From: Amphiscolops sp. MND2022
Lineage: Eukaryota
Direction of reading: 5' to 3'
Length of the DNA: 64,000 nt
Assembly: GCA_964187785.1 (NCBI GenBank)
Contig: OZ076409.1
Location: 11,968,001-12,032,000 of the forward strand
A program made the position numbers and the translations under genes. This document shows positions 23,990 to 38,700 of the stretch, piece after piece (position 1 is the stretch's first letter; every line of letters starts with the position of its first letter). Below the pieces are notes generated by a model. It was given only the letters and a program-made list of their open reading frames with translations. It did not search any database and was not told where the DNA came from.

Positions 23990-26900
23990 GAAAACGTTTC
24001 ATTGAAAAACTATGAGATCCCAACATTGGTAGAATGAATAATTGCAATAACAGTAAAAAAACATAGAAATTAAAAATTTATTCCGGTTGTTCACCGAATA
24101 CTAAACCACCGAAACACTTACCATAACAGGGGAGATTTCTTCCGGGCAAAACAAACCAGGAATTCTGAAGACAGCTAATTGAAATCGAAAAGGAGTGTAA
24201 TTTCAAAACAATCTCGGCTGAAGAATTGCTAATATCAAAATATGTGACTGCAATCACCGTCAAAAACTTGCGGGACAAGATAATGAAAGAGAAAACACTG
24301 GATTTAAAGAAAATTAATGACCTAATCAATCAGACAAACGTAACCAAAAAGGAATGAAAAAAACACAATACCGAAAGCTTTGGTATCACGCGAAACAACG
24401 GAAGAAAAACACGCAATAAAAGAAGAAATGATACAACGATTGGAACAATTCGGAACAAAACCGAAAACCAAGAATTTCGGTAACCGACCTTGCAAATACT
24501 GTGAAGCTCCGAACTGGACACCAAAACAAACCTCCCGCATTAGAGGCAAACCGTAACAGAAGCGGACAGAAAGGTCATTACGCGAAAGCATGCAGTCAGA
24601 AGTTTAACAACAACCGAACGGTGAAAAGACTAACCGAAGAAGGAACGACCGAACCGGATGAGTCATCATGTGAATCAGACAAAGTATACAACACAAAAAA
24701 AATCAACACAATTGAAGAAACAAACAAACACTATACCGCTATACCGCAATAAAGAAAATTAACGAAGTAAAGAAAAAGTTATAATTGATTGACACCGGAT
24801 CCTAATTGCCACTAGACAAAAGGATGAAAAACCAACCGAAAAACAAAACGTAACAAACCGATACCAAGACGTTAACAGAAACGAAGTAAACTTCCGGGAA
24901 AAAAATTCGGTAAACATCGGGTACAAAAACAACTCGATAAAATAAAAAAAATGGAAATACTGATAACCGAAAGCACAGACATCACACTCTTTTTAGAGAT
25001 GGACTGGATGAAAACATTCAAACTCACGATCGGAAGAATTGAATTGGCTGAGAACTGCCAATCAGAAAGGAAAAATATTCAATAAATTTCCAGATCTATT
25101 TGAGAACAACGAAACAACAAAAGACACCGAAATAGACATCCAATTCGAACAAGGACACTAACGAATTAATCAAAAAGCGGGACCGGTACCACTACATCAT
25201 CAAGAAGATGTTGGACGAGAATTAGAAAATGTAATTCGAGCCAGACACATAGAAAACAATGATGTGGATGAAGATTGTTTTGTATCTCAGGCAGTGATTA
25301 CAACGAAAAGTGATGAAGCGGTAAAAAGAGCACTCGACTCACGGAAATTGAATGACAGCTGTATCAAACTGAGACTACACATGCCGAACATGGCAGAGTT
25401 ACCAAATCAACCTTCGTTAGAAATCACACGTCAATGGACAGTACAACTATTCATATCAAAAATCGTCATGAATTATGCATACGGACTGATGAAATGATCA
25501 GAAGAAACGAGCTGACACTGCGTATTGGCAGAAACCGGGGGAATTTTCAGTTGATACTAAAGAATCAAAAAAGGATTCAAGATGAAATAGACGGAAACAG
25601 AATAAAACCGAACGAGAAAAAAGTAGAAGCAATACTAAACTCAAAACCACTGGAAATTACAAAAGATCTGAAATATTTTCCCGGTGCCTTACAAAACATG
25701 GAAAATTCTAACCGAAACGTTCGGAGCAAACAGACCGATTGAGAAAACTATTTTAAAAAATGAATCATGGAAATGGGGACCAGAACAAGAAACGTATTTC
25801 ATCCGAATAAAACAAATGTTAACCGATCGTCCGTGTCTAGCTCATTACGCGAAAGGCAAAGATAATACGGTAACAACCGATGCCAGCAAAAGCGAACTCG
25901 AAATACCTTTATGTTAAAAACAAGATGACGGAAACCTAAAACCGATAGATTACGGGAGCATATATTTGAAGGATGCCGAAAAAACTATTCAATCGGTGAT
26001 TTGGAATTACTAGCAGTGTCGTATGGAAGTGAAAAAAATCCGATTTTATCTTTACGGAAACGAAGCATACCTGTACACAGATCACCAAACCTTGGAACCG
26101 CTGATTAAAAAACCGATGCTACAAACAAGACAGCGCGATGCCAACACGATGGTAAGACCGACTAGCACATTTTGATATCGCGATACAACATTGCAGGACG
26201 CAATTTGAAATTTACAGTTTACCTCAGCTGTAATGCGGTAGGAGGATCCACGCTGGAAGATAAATACGATGAAGAATACGTAATTAATATACTATCCGAA
26301 CAAGCGAAATTAAACTTTAAATACGGACCGTTTTGCCGACCAATCAAATGACAGCAGACACATAACCGAGACAAAGAATGGCCGAAAGCCAAACTGAGAA
26401 GCGAAACAACCAATCACCATCGAAAAGAATATTCGAGAACAATAACGACGTGAACAAAACTAATCAAAGTGAGAAAAGCACATTCGGACAGTCCGAAGTT
26501 AGCAAATCAAATTCACGTTGTCCACCGATTTTGATTTCCCAATTTACTCAAAAAAATTTCAAAATAAATCGGGAAGTTACTGATATGGACCGCGAAACAA
26601 CCTTTTACCACTGGGGTGCGACACGTGAGGCCATGGAGATCATACGGAAACGAATCAAACGCCCAGAGACACGCAGGCTAATGGAGCAAAGAAACACGGT
26701 ATTTCGACCGGGAACCCTGAGAAGGAGATAAAATCCGTATTCCCTAAGAACAATATTTCCAACCTCGGGTCCAAATAAATGAAGCTGAGAGGAGATAGCG
26801 GAGATAGACACTGAACTAATGCAAAGAGTTAACAGACTGGGTGGAGGCTACCAACCATTAGCAGATGAAACAGAAGAAACTGAAAATCCGGAGAAATGTG

Positions 26901-28990
26901 AAGTAGAGCCCGAACAACCGGAAATGGAAGAGGATAGCGTGATATTCCGATGAGACACTTCACCAATAGTGTACTGGAGTAATTTTGACACGGATGTCAA
27001 ATAATCGTACTACATCCACATCAACCATATTTTGGGAAAATTGTCCGGAAACAAAAAAAATCACCGAAGAGACGATCAAGAAGGCCGAGTTTGAATTCAT
27101 GCTAGACATGAAAAGCTCAATTTCAAGAACCGCCATTGATCCCGGCCTCACAAGAATTAGAGCAAGCATGAGACGGGAGGACATAGAGACAACCCCTGAC
27201 GGATACAGACCATTATTCGATAAGCTTCAATAAGACTTGTATTCATGGACGACCGAATCGTAGTTGGGTGGATCGCCGAAGAAGACTTCTCGATATTTTA
27301 CATTTCGATCATGCCGGTAAAACGAAGATGACGGCCTAGGCAAAAATTGGTGGCCGGAAATTAACGGAGACATGGAAAACAAAGTCACAGACCGCATCGC
27401 AAGTCTTGTATCAGGTGAAAATATAAAATTTTAAATACCCAGTAATCACTACGGAAAACTAAAACAATTAACCGAACCGGGACGAAATATACGAATCGAT
27501 TTCACGTGAATTTTTCATGACGAAAAACTAAACGTAGACGTCCAAATTCATATAGCGGTAAATCGCTTTAGTAAATGGCCAATAGGAAAAATAAGCAAAA
27601 CCGCCGAAACAAAAGAGATAAATTTCCTAACAAAAAACTTCAATTTGTACGGAATACCGAAGAAGGAACCCATTTAACGGAATGGGTAACTGCGCACTGC
27701 GGGTAATGATGCGTTTCACAAAACATACCGGACTAAAAAGAACTCCATTTGAACTCCATCACGGTAAAAACCCGAGAACAGAATTAACTACTATAGTTGA
27801 AGAGGGGAAAATGTATTTATCGGGGTGGTCAGAAATATCTATTTCGGCACCAAATGAACCACAAATCCTGATCTATGTGGGCCGCGATGCGGACGAAGAG
27901 ATAACCAACCGCATGGCTATGCCGAAGACTGAGACGGAGGAAAAGCAAATGATCGAGGGCCCGAAATCTCCGGAAAAAAAATTTGGTTTTATATCCCTTT
28001 AATTTTGTAGAAAACGATTGTTACAGAAAATCCTTAGAGAGGAGATTGCAAAAGAAAGTTTTAACTGCAATTGACGGAACCGAAAACACCGTAAAAACCG
28101 ACACGAGAAAAGTAAAACACCGAAATTTTTTTCGGGACCATTGTTTCAGGCCGAGAAAAGAAGCTGAAAAGGTACGGCAAAAACAAGCAGTGAAATCACG
28201 CCAAAAAACTGACATTGCCTCAGAGGACTGGACGGAAATACGGCCGATTGGATGAGATACTGCGTGACATTCTAAACGGAAAAACGAAGATCGTTCAGAA
28301 CCGAACGAAAAGCGAGTGTGACACCGAAGACGAAGATGATGATTATGAAGAAGATATGCCGGAAGAAACCCCAAACCGAACGTACGATACGTCAAAATGG
28401 ATGGCCATTACGAACCGACACGGACAGCTGACCAGCCCGGAAGAAGTGATACAGATTGGCACCGACGGCGAAATCCCACAGGTTGAAAATATTGAAAATG
28501 AAATACGGCGACTTAGTCGAAATACAAATAGACCGAATAGATACGGTATTGTACCCTGTACAGCAACTTTTTAGGGATAAATAATTAAAATGTTATGTCT
28601 TATTACAGGTTCAAACTGGATCACAAGAAAGGAAACACCATTGCCCCAAACCACCCACAAGCCAGCTGACTTCAGGCCCGGAGAGATGACTCCTCCAGGA
28701 ACATCATCCTTTCAATCGAAGAAACTCCGGAAGGTAATGCGGTTGATATCGGATGAACTATACCGAGTTCAGGTTCAGACTTTTAGCAAGTTGACAAACA
28801 AACGTGAATTAGAAATTTTCATTCTCTATACATTGTTACGATAGTTTTGATACAATGCGGACATACAAAATACACTTTTCTTTTAAAACTTTGTCCTATC
28901 TTAACACATGCTTAGAATACAACAAAAACGTCCCATTGAAAATATAGGAGATCCCAATATTGGTAGAATGAATCATTTCAATAACAGTCA
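23990..28990 (+). mobile_element. Heavily degenerate Gypsy LTR retrotransposon
   Basis: gag remnants and knuckle-like KGHYAKAC, IDTGS protease, RT (ALDSRKLND, MPNM), RNase H (TTDASK), integrase remnants; short direct repeats ~23990-24055 and ~28925-28990. Confidence 0.8.
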
Positions 28991-29062
28991 TAACTTCATA
29001 TTGGTTGTATGACTCGGTCTCCGACAAAACCAGCCGGTGGTATAGTACGGGCACGTCGCTCA

Positions 29063-29930
29063 TGTGATAATCGGCTTCCTGTCTGTTTTCGTTCATTATA
29101 TATGTATCGTCTAAGGTCTCATTTACAACTCCAAAAGGAGTTGACGGCTGCCTCAGTTCATACAATTCTGAGGACTGAAAGCAATTATCCTGATTTGTGT
29201 CTTTATCTATTCCATTATTTGATGCTTGTTTTCTGCAGAGACACTTGTTTTCTGAATTTAAGTACTAGGTCTGTTGTTCTCAGCATCCACTTCACCACTT
29301 GCTAAATTGCTGTCTCTGTTTGTTCTGATTTTTTTTGAGTATCTCTTCGATATTACTATTCAGCAGTTTTTCAATTTGTGTCATTTTATGGCTGTTTTGC
29401 TCAGACAATCTTTGGGTTATTGCTTCTATCTCATTACTGGTTTGCGAAAGTTCTGTCAGTTCGCTACCTAAGTTCCTGTCAAAAGTGTTATAATTATTTT
29501 TAGAAACATCAACCAAAGCTGCATTACCTTGAGTGAAGCTTGTTTCTGAAGTGTTTTCGTCTCTGTCTGATGACTGAAATTTTACTCTCCTTGAACGTCT
29601 ATTTCTCTTGTTTCCCATGATGAAAACAGTGCTGAGTGCGAAAATCTTTGAATTACAAAGATATTTAGGTGAAATGAAACTGTAGAAGTTATCTTTACAG
29701 AGAGAGAAAACTGCAGAAATTGGAGATTGTGAGTCGTTTGTGAAATTGAGTGACAGCTGTATGTGAGATTTTTGTTGAAAGATGGTTAGAAAATGATTTT
29801 TTAAGGGACTTTCCTGAAATGATTCTATTGTGTGATATTTTTAGTAGCATGACCGTCAACTTTTTAAAAAAAATCATCCTAACGTCATGTTTCTAGGGTC
29901 AGAAGTTAAAAATAAATCGTTACGTTACTT
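29063..29930 (-). mobile_element. LTR fragment carrying a gag-like N-terminal ORF (29618 to 29063, frameshifted); right boundary uncertain
   Basis: MGNKRNRRSRR...NENRQEADYH ending GATTATCACA, same layout as the LTR ending at 13560. Confidence 0.55.
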
Positions 29931-31990
29931 CCCTAGAAAGTTTAAATATAGCAATGTAGTAACGGCAGATTAACGCGGAATTTTATGCAGAATATGTGAT
30001 TGTTGCCATATTCCGCATATACAATCTTATGAAAACTGCACATTTCAGTATAATATACTAGCGCCGCCGCACATATATTTAATATGCTGTTTTCACTTTT
30101 AATCATCATGCTGTTTTTCTGGAGATTCCGCATAAGCCAGATGATACATCATATTATGTGAGCACCAGTGTGAATGATCATTATGCAGATTTTGATTAAA
30201 ATCATCATGCTGTTTTTGATTAGGATCATCATGCTGTCATTGTAGGATATCCGCATACTATAACGTGGAGTGTATGCATGACCACACGTGTAGATGTTAT
30301 GCTGTTTTTCTATTGAAACCGCATATGCTGTTCTATGCAAACAGCATAATGCAGTATAAATTATAAGCACAATGTGTGTGGATTCGTTATGCTGCATCCT
30401 GAGTGTATCATCATACTTTTTTGAAGTGTTTTCCGCATAATTGCGACATACGTATCCTGGTACCACGAGGAAGCATAAATGCATCAAATATGGCCTCATT
30501 CCGCTAATGCAATAAAACTAGAATTGGATTCATTCCAGGCAACAATCGAGTTGCTCTTTTGGTTGTTTTCATTTGATCAACGCGCTTTTCCTTTTTTAAA
30601 TGAACATCAACAGAAATTGAAAACAAAGAAAAACATCAATATTTACAAAAGTTATCGAAATCTTCGACTTCAAATAAACGCGAAGAATGCAATACTCAAC
30701 TGAACGCTTATTTAAAATGAACATAAAAGTCTATGGGAGAGTTTGATAGATCATCATATTTGAAATGGTCTTTTGGTCTTCGCGTACTTCTGGGTTTCTT
30801 GAGATGTAGTGCAGGAAGTTGATCTGCTCACCTGTGCTGCGCGCCGGACATCTCGCAAGGGTAGCCTGGCGATAGCTCAGTTTAGCTCCGTTTCGCTTCG
30901 CCCCTGCGTTTAGAGTTAATTGAGCATAGCTGATAACGTTGTCCTAATTTTCTATTGAAGTTATTACGCTTTGGGCGTTTTCCTAGGGCGTTATTTCTTT
31001 CGTCGTTTTTTCAAGACATTAGGAAAACTTGCAAAACTTCATGGCGCCGGTTTGACGTCAAATTTAGTGTGCATCTTTCGAAGGAAGCTCTAGAATTCAA
31101 TCAAAACAATGATTCAATATTCAATTTGTTTGCATGAAAGTTTTCGTGGCAACGTGCAAACTTTTTCCTAAACTTGAAGCATCTTCACTCTTGTTGTAAG
31201 TGCTCGGATTTTTGCATGCACATTAATGTTCTCAGCAACTTCTAGTACGATTTTCAAAAACTCTTCCACAAACTTTCATGCGAAAAGATTTCCCTGTTGT
31301 ATTCGTCGTTTATTGAGCTGCTTGAGAAAAAAATGTATAATAAATTTGGCGGCACTTTTAGGCCTTGAAGTTTCATGAAGAAACAAAATCCATTTTAAAA
31401 GCAAACGAGTTGCTATCAGTTGTACCGCCATTTTGATGCAAAACAACTTCATTCACGTAATGAACTCTAAATTAGCATCACATTTTTTATGCTTTTAAGC
31501 GTGCTATTTGAGAGGCGGTGATCACATCAGATAACTAGATCTGGTCGTAAATCCCGTAAGATTACACTGCAGTTTACACAGTTTTAATTAAAACTTCTTC
31601 GCCGACACAATTACGTTGTATTCACATTTTGTTTTCTCAACTAATCATCTGCTTCGAAGCGCACTGAATTTTGTAGGTTTAATAGATAGGGCAGGGCCTT
31701 CAGCATGTAAAACATTCCAGTTGTCTCGACTAGGGCAGGGTTATGAGTTTGACGATTCAAGTTTGTTTCAGCCAGAGGGAATTATGGAGAATATTCCATG
31801 GGACTTGTTCTTGGCCGTTTTATCGTGTCTCCTGTTTCTGCCAACTGGAATACCCGCTCTTTACTACTGCTTTCAGGTCTGATTGTTTTTTTTTACAGTA
31901 TATGTTCGATAACAGGCATAAAATTGCAAAAAAGAACCACATCCAAGTCGAAGGTTTTTACCAAATTTGTCTCATTTGATTGCAAGTTAA

Positions 31991-32319
31991 GGTACTCCCG
32001 ACTAAGTGTGGTCCCTACAAAATTTATGCAGCCGGCCTGAAAACTCCTGACTAAAAGTGGTCCCTAGAAGAGGTTAGCATATTTGTTGTATGGCTCGGTT
32101 GCTTCGCTCCTTTCGCCAAGTAGCAGCATTGAGGCATGGCCACATGGCACGTCGCTCCGCTTCGCTTCGCTCCTGCATTTGGGGCACTAGGGGTATGTTA
32201 ACATAGCCGACGACGTTATAATAATCATTCCGACAAAATATGCAGGGACCACACTTATATAATAGGGACCACACTTAGTAAGGAGAAATCGCTTGGGACC
32301 ACACTTAGTCAGGAGTACC
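31991..32319. mobile_element. MITE with ~25-bp TIRs and 8-bp TSD (Merlin-like)
   Basis: GGTACTCCCGACTAAGTGTGGTCCC ... GGGACCACACTTAGTCAGGAGTACC flanked by CAAGTTAA on both sides. Confidence 0.8.
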
Positions 32320-33789
32320 CAAGTTAAGATCTTCCAAGTTGAAGATCTAAGGTCAAGATCTAAGTTGAAGTATGTTGACTAAATGATGTCGAAACTTTTA
32401 TCAACACTAAGTAGGCCTTCGTCAAAACCAATCATTGGACGAGTCAACTACTACGGACATAATGTAATACACATATAATATCTGGTGACTATTCATATAA
32501 TGGAATTTACAAAATATGTCTCGAACAGCAGAAATCAAATTACTTGCTTTTAGTGCTGCTCCAGCAGCCAGCTCTTTTCTGTCGGCCCCCCAACCGCCAA
32601 TTTTTTTTGGAAAATTAGTGAAAATCGTAAGAACAAACAAGAAAGCTTCAAATTTACATTCATTCTTAATGTGACAGTTTAGGATTCAGATACAAATTTT
32701 GTTCACACTTGTTCAATATGTAGTCACGCATTTTTGCTGAAGAAATCAACAGCTTCCTGCTTTGAGTCATCAATAAACACTTAATACGAACACAATTATA
32801 GTCGAAAAGCGTGAACAATGTTTTGTTAAAGCAAAACACTATTCCAATAAACGTTAACTTCCCATTATGAAAGAAGGTTTTACTTTTAATTAGGCTAGTC
32901 TAAAGTTTTTAAGGAAATTCACTTCCAAAAATTTTGGTGGTGGGGGGGGACAGAAAAGAGCCCTCCAGCCAATATGTATGGAACTTGATTTATTTGGAGA
33001 GGTGAGCATAATTGTTGTATGGCTCGGCAGCTTCGCTTCCTTCGCCAAATAGCAACATTGAGGCATGGTCATATAGCACGTCGCTTCGGTTCGCTTCGCT
33101 CATGTTCTTAGGGCACTAGGGTTATGTGAACATACCTGACTATGTTATTATAATAATTCCCACAAAATCAGACACGCGTTTCCAACTTAGCGAATTCAAT
33201 TCGATTTCAAATTTCAGCCAATCACATTACAGCATAAACAAATGTTCTGCTGTTTGAAAATTAGATGTGTATTACATTATGTCTGTATGACGTTCCCCCA
33301 CTGGACCAGTTGGTGAAAACAGATGAGTACAAACTAATATTTGAAAAAAAAAAACAAATTGCTTGACTCTGAATTTCGGGTGTTATTGGTTAAAGAATGT
33401 GGCCAAACTAAAATTAGACGGCATAAGCCACAGTATGCATTACCTATAATTAAGCTGCCTAATCGTGATTATTTCATTGAAACAGAAAAAGAAAAATCAC
33501 ATCCTTGAAAAAGCGTGAAAAAGATGTGAATTCATACTTAGTTTTCTGAACAAGTGAGACCAAAAAGTTCGAAAAGTGTGAACAAGGTGTGACTTGGTAA
33601 TTTGTTTTTGAAAAAGTGTGACACAAAAGATCGCATTCGAACTTTCTGATTGATAAATCACAGCTCAATAATTCTGTCCTTTAATTCAGCACAATAATTC
33701 AGAATTTTTAATCACTAAGATAATTGTCAAAAAAAATGGTATGAAATTTGAAATGGCAAAAAATCTGAAAGTATGACCTGAGAGAATGG

Positions 33790-35750
33790 CTGGTGACAGT
33801 GATTCGACACAATCTGCGGACGCTGTTTTGGGTGTTTCGAACCTATCCTTTATGAACACTAACTCAAAAAGAAACTGTAACTGGTTATCAATTTGTTGAA
33901 ACGCTGGCCGCTGGGTCTTCAGGAGAGTGGTGACAAAGTTATAACATGTAGCTTAGACATGTTGTTTACAGTTTTCCGGTCAGTTATTGAAGAATGTCTG
34001 CCCCGGTTTTTCAATGCATTACGAAGCTCTGATGGTTCCATGGATGGTTTTCCACCTGGGACACTTCTTCAAATAAGGAGGACAATCGTTTGAAAACATT
34101 AACACCGAATGGATATCAACCAGTTAAGGAACGGGCCGCAATAATTACCGATGAAGTGGAGCAACAACTGTGGAACAGATGCATTTTAGGCTCAAATAAT
34201 CCCAAACAGTTGTTGTGGACAGTTTAATACATTGTTGGAAAGCATTTCGTCCTACGTTCGAGACAAGAACACAGAAACCTTCGGTTTGGTTCCGAATCAC
34301 AATTAGAAGTATTTAGTATACCCCGCTTGAAAAGGTGGTATACAATGAAACAGTGTCGAAGAGAAACCCAGGTGGTATGCGGAACATCAAACAAGAACCA
34401 AAAAGTATGGAAATAATGGCCACCAATACCACTCAACTTTGTCCAGTTGAGATCATCAAGTTTTACAAAAGTAAAATTCCAGCCTGGCCCAAAGACTTCT
34501 ACTTTGTACCCAATCCAAATTTCGAACCAGGTTGTTCTATTTGGTTTTGAGATCAACCAGTTGGAGAAAAACAAGCCGGGACCGGCCCAAGTCGGCGCCA
34601 TATCCAAGGCTCAAAAATAGCAAAAAGACTTCCAAGTGTCAAGTATTCGTTTACAGTAGTCGAAAATCAAAAATTTTTCGATTTTTTTTTTGAAAAAATT
34701 ACTAAAAAAATGGACCGAGTGGCGCGCCGGGGCTGGCGCGCTAACGTCTCACAATGCCGAAAAACTGAAAGGGGGGACCCTTTGAGGTTTTTCAACATTC
34801 ATTCTGTCGCAAAACATGAAAAAACTGAAGAAAACAAAAAAAAATTATTTTCGGAAAAAAATCTCACAATGCCGAAAAAACTGGAAGGGGGGACCCTTTG
34901 GGATTTTTCAACATCCATTCTGTCGCAAAACATGAAAAAATTGAAGAAAAAAATTTTTTTTCATTTTCGGGAGAAAATCTCACAATGCCGAAAAAGACTG
35001 AAAGGAGGAACCCTTTGGGATTTTCCAACATCCATTCTGTCGCAAAACATCAAAAAAATGCAGGGGGGACCCTTTGAGGAAAAAAAATTTCGAAAAAAAA
35101 TCCGAAAAAAAATGTCTCGCAGTGCCGAAAAAAAATTGAAAGGGGGGACTCTTTGGTCTCGCCCGGTATGATATGTTACGCGGAAAAACAGGTAAAACCA
35201 TTTTGGTCCAGTTCGCTAGGTCAAATGGTGCTATTTGACACCATAATATTTTGTAGAACTTTTAAGAACTATTTTGGTCAGTTCGTGTGGATAGAAAAAA
35301 AAAGAGTCACTATAAAAGTCGCGTTTCACTTCATGAAGCGCCGACTAAAAATTTTGTGAAATCGTAGGAGATATATCAATCATTGCTGGTTGGGATCATA
35401 ACCTATTGTGGTCTGGCCATTCGCTGCGAGCGTCAGCAATTACATCGCTGTCAGAAAACAATTTCCCAGATTCCAGGTTTCAAAAACTTAGTGGTCGCCG
35501 AAGTGTTCGAGCATTGAGCATATACAAGCGGTCAAAAGATCTTAATGCGTCAATTTGTAATGCATTGGCGAACCCAGTTGTGACCTTGCTGCATGCATCT
35601 ACTGAAGTAGCAGCATCCATTGATCGAATTGAAGGAACGTCGAAAAGCCGACGAGGAATAAAAAAAACGAAAACAAAAAGATTATTATGATGACTTGAGT
35701 GACGATGATTTCGACCACGAACTAGTAAATGCAGCTGAAAAAGTGGAATA
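33790..35750 (+). pseudogene. Crypton-like (DUF3504-type) tyrosine recombinase remnant split by a Helentron-like insertion
   Basis: EQQLW..LGSNNPKQLLWTV, LRSRQEHRNL, YNETVSK.NPGG, CPVEIIKFYKSK, QPVG, GHSLRAS, SG(R)RS..LSIYKR. Confidence 0.8.
34571..35347 (-). mobile_element. Helentron/HINE-like element, copy 2, with ~115-bp internal tandem repeats
   Basis: Same termini as copy 1, reversed; internal unit TCTCACAATGCCGAAAAA...GGGGGACCCTTTG; inserted in an A-run. Confidence 0.75.
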
Positions 35751-38700
35751 AACTGAAATGGCTAAAACATCTTGAAGAGTCCATTCAATTAAATCCATGT
35801 TCGAAATTCAACGTAAACATCAGTTTTATCTGACGTAATCTGTGGAAGTCAGAAATTTTATTTTCCCCCATTTTACATTGTGGCTAAATGCCGTCTAAAT
35901 ACGTAATACGGCAATGTATATAGGGTCTAGACAATTATAGAGTATCTCGAGCGCAAAGGCCCTCGACGACCCTATAATTGTTTTGACATTATATACATTG
36001 CCGTATAACATATACTTATAAGGACCTGATAGCCAAGAAAAAATTGACCTTGGAGATGTTGATCTTGCACCGTTCAATTGATTTCTGCAGTTTGCTACCA
36101 AAAATTATGGACTAGAACAATTCATGTTGCAAACGTTAATATCAATCAAGGGCAGCATGGTCTATTCGAAGGACTGTACTTTAATGCTATGCTATTTCAA
36201 TCGTGCTTGAACTCCGAATTGAAGTTTTGACTGCAAATTTTTGAATAATCAGATTATTTGATTCCGTCTAATGTCTCGAACAATAAAGCAATTTGGCAGC
36301 TATTCGAGCAATAAAATTTGATGGCTAGCTGGCAGGCCTATATGTACTGAGGGAGCGGATTACTGTGCAGACGGTTCACTACGCCGACGAAATAATTTGA
36401 TTTTCAACGTATGATTAGATTCAGTCTCAATGTGTGATTGAATTCTTTCATTCTCCAATTTGATTGGACAAAGACACATTCCAAATGTGAGCGGATAATA
36501 ATGGAAACCAAAATTGCGTCGATGGAAAAATACAATAACCTAGTCAGCATGGTCACATACCTCTACTGCCCTAAATGCCTAAATGCAGGAGCGAAGCGAA
36601 GCTGAGCGACGTGGCACTACTGATCCAGCGTGTGGTTTTGACGAAGTTCGACCTGGAGTGGCGTTAAGCGCCGCGGCAGGAAGAAGGTCGAGTTATGCAA
36701 TCAAAAAAAATGATTATACCAATGATTATAAAAAATAATATGTCATAAAAAATAATTGGTCATGCAACCAATGATTATGAAAAATAATCTGTGAACCGTC
36801 GACGCACTGAACCGTCGGCATTGTGTACCGTTCAGAAGACCATTTACGGACGATGTGCTCAATTTTAACCCTTCACCTCCCCCAAACACGAAAGCATATT
36901 TTGTTCCTAAATAAAACTATTTCACTATTAATAGAATCTTGTTTGAATGTGAAAACTTAGAGGATTGCTTCTACAACTGGTTTGACACTTCAGGCCAAAA
37001 AATTACCCTAATTTTTGATATTATTGCCCAAAATAGCAGAAATTCACGCTTGGAACAAACTAAAATCGTATAAATTGTCCCCTACTTCAACGCAAATTTT
37101 CTCCGTGATAATATCTAATGAGCAAATTTCAACTGAGAGTCAATGTAATGGATAGGAATATGTCGGCATCAATTATTTTATTGACCAACATTTCGACGCA
37201 AACGATGTCGACGTAATGGTTTTTGAATCATGTGTCTTATTCCCCCCTGCGTCCGCTTGGAGGGGGGATACGACACATGGTCGCCATTTTCATTTGTTTT
37301 GAACATATAATGAGCTCGAGAAGTATGACGTAAGCTGCAAAAACGCGTCGAAATTTTAAAATTAAAAAGGTGAAGCTTTCTAACAAGATAGGGCCTTTGT
37401 GTCTCTATTCCAGACATTGTAATAGCATTTTTCATCAACAAGTAGGGCTGATTATAATCAATGTATACGATTCTTGAATGTAATCAGCGTGATCAAAGCT
37501 ATCCAAGTCACGGTTGATCAAATGTGACCAAAATTTGGACACGGGTCACTATTAAGCTACGATTCAGCAAATTGTATCTGTTTCGAGCACCTGGCAATAG
37601 TTACTCCAAATTTCCAGATATTTGTCCACAGATTAAAATATTGGACCATGTTCCTTTCCTTGTCATCCCTAGTACACCTTGTTTCGGAGCGCGTTTTATT
37701 CTTGAACAAGACGCCCGCTAAGCACCGGGATATTTTCCGCGACACGCCTTTTGCAAAAAAAGTATGGCGAAGGAGAGGATCGAACCCATGACCTACTGGC
37801 TGGGAGACACTAAAAATTTCAAGCACCAGCCCGGGTTCGAACCCACGGCCTACTGGCTGGGAAAGCAATAAGTGAAGTGCACTTCACTCCATGGAGTGAG
37901 AGAAAGTGGAGTTTTGGCAGAATTTGTAAAAAAAAACAGATTATGATTTTCCTCCCTCATTTATGTGGGCGGAAAATAAAAAATATATATTAAAGATTAA
38001 AAAAAATTTTATAAGGTCACAATTACTTTACGGCAAAATTGAAGCCAGGACCAAGCCAAAGTCGTATATAAAGGCCTCTATTTTAATGCAATTTATCTCC
38101 GCCGAAAAATAAAATTAGAAACTGTTTGACTAGTTTGAGTGTGACCTAATGTAAAAAAAAGAGGATTATGTCGACATCATCATGTTATAAGTGAACCGAA
38201 ATTTCATTGCGACGTTGACATAGTGGCATTTGAACCTTGTTTCTGATTTACCCCGCGGCCGCTTCTAAGAAATATGGTCCGAACAATAATTGAACGTATA
38301 ATTGAACCAGGTTCAGTTTGTAGCAGGTTCTCATTTAAAAATCAACTCTTGAGGTATTGAGTATTGAGGATTGTTTCAGGCCCGCAAAGTTGGAGAACAT
38401 TCTTTAGAGGGTATGGACCTGAACAGAGTGTCGGCCTTCTTCGGAACCGTGTCTATCATTTGTGCTATGATGTTCTGGGGCAGCGTGGGTTACGTAATCA
38501 AACAACAAGTTACGTAATGCAACGTGGTTGCAACTGAGTCTTGCAGCAATTTGGGATCAACTACAAACTCTCTTGAGCAACTCTTTTTTATTACTCTGCT
38601 TCCTTGTTTCGATGCTTTTTGGGGCTGTATTTATTTATAAAACTGTCTGACAGTTTTGTCTTACCCATTTTTTATGAAATGTGCTTTAAAGATTGACTTC

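Noticed and set aside
29950..30480. ORFs over a CATGCTG/CCGCATA-rich tract
   Set aside because: Degenerate short repeats, probably MITE interior; no protein signal
34745..35160. Regularly spaced repeats as a CRISPR array
   Set aside because: Eukaryotic context, whole units repeat with no unique spacers, no cas genes
37760..37890. Two GGTTCGA B-box-like segments on the minus strand as tRNA genes
   Set aside because: Tandemly duplicated fragments without acceptor or D stems; likely repeat-derived
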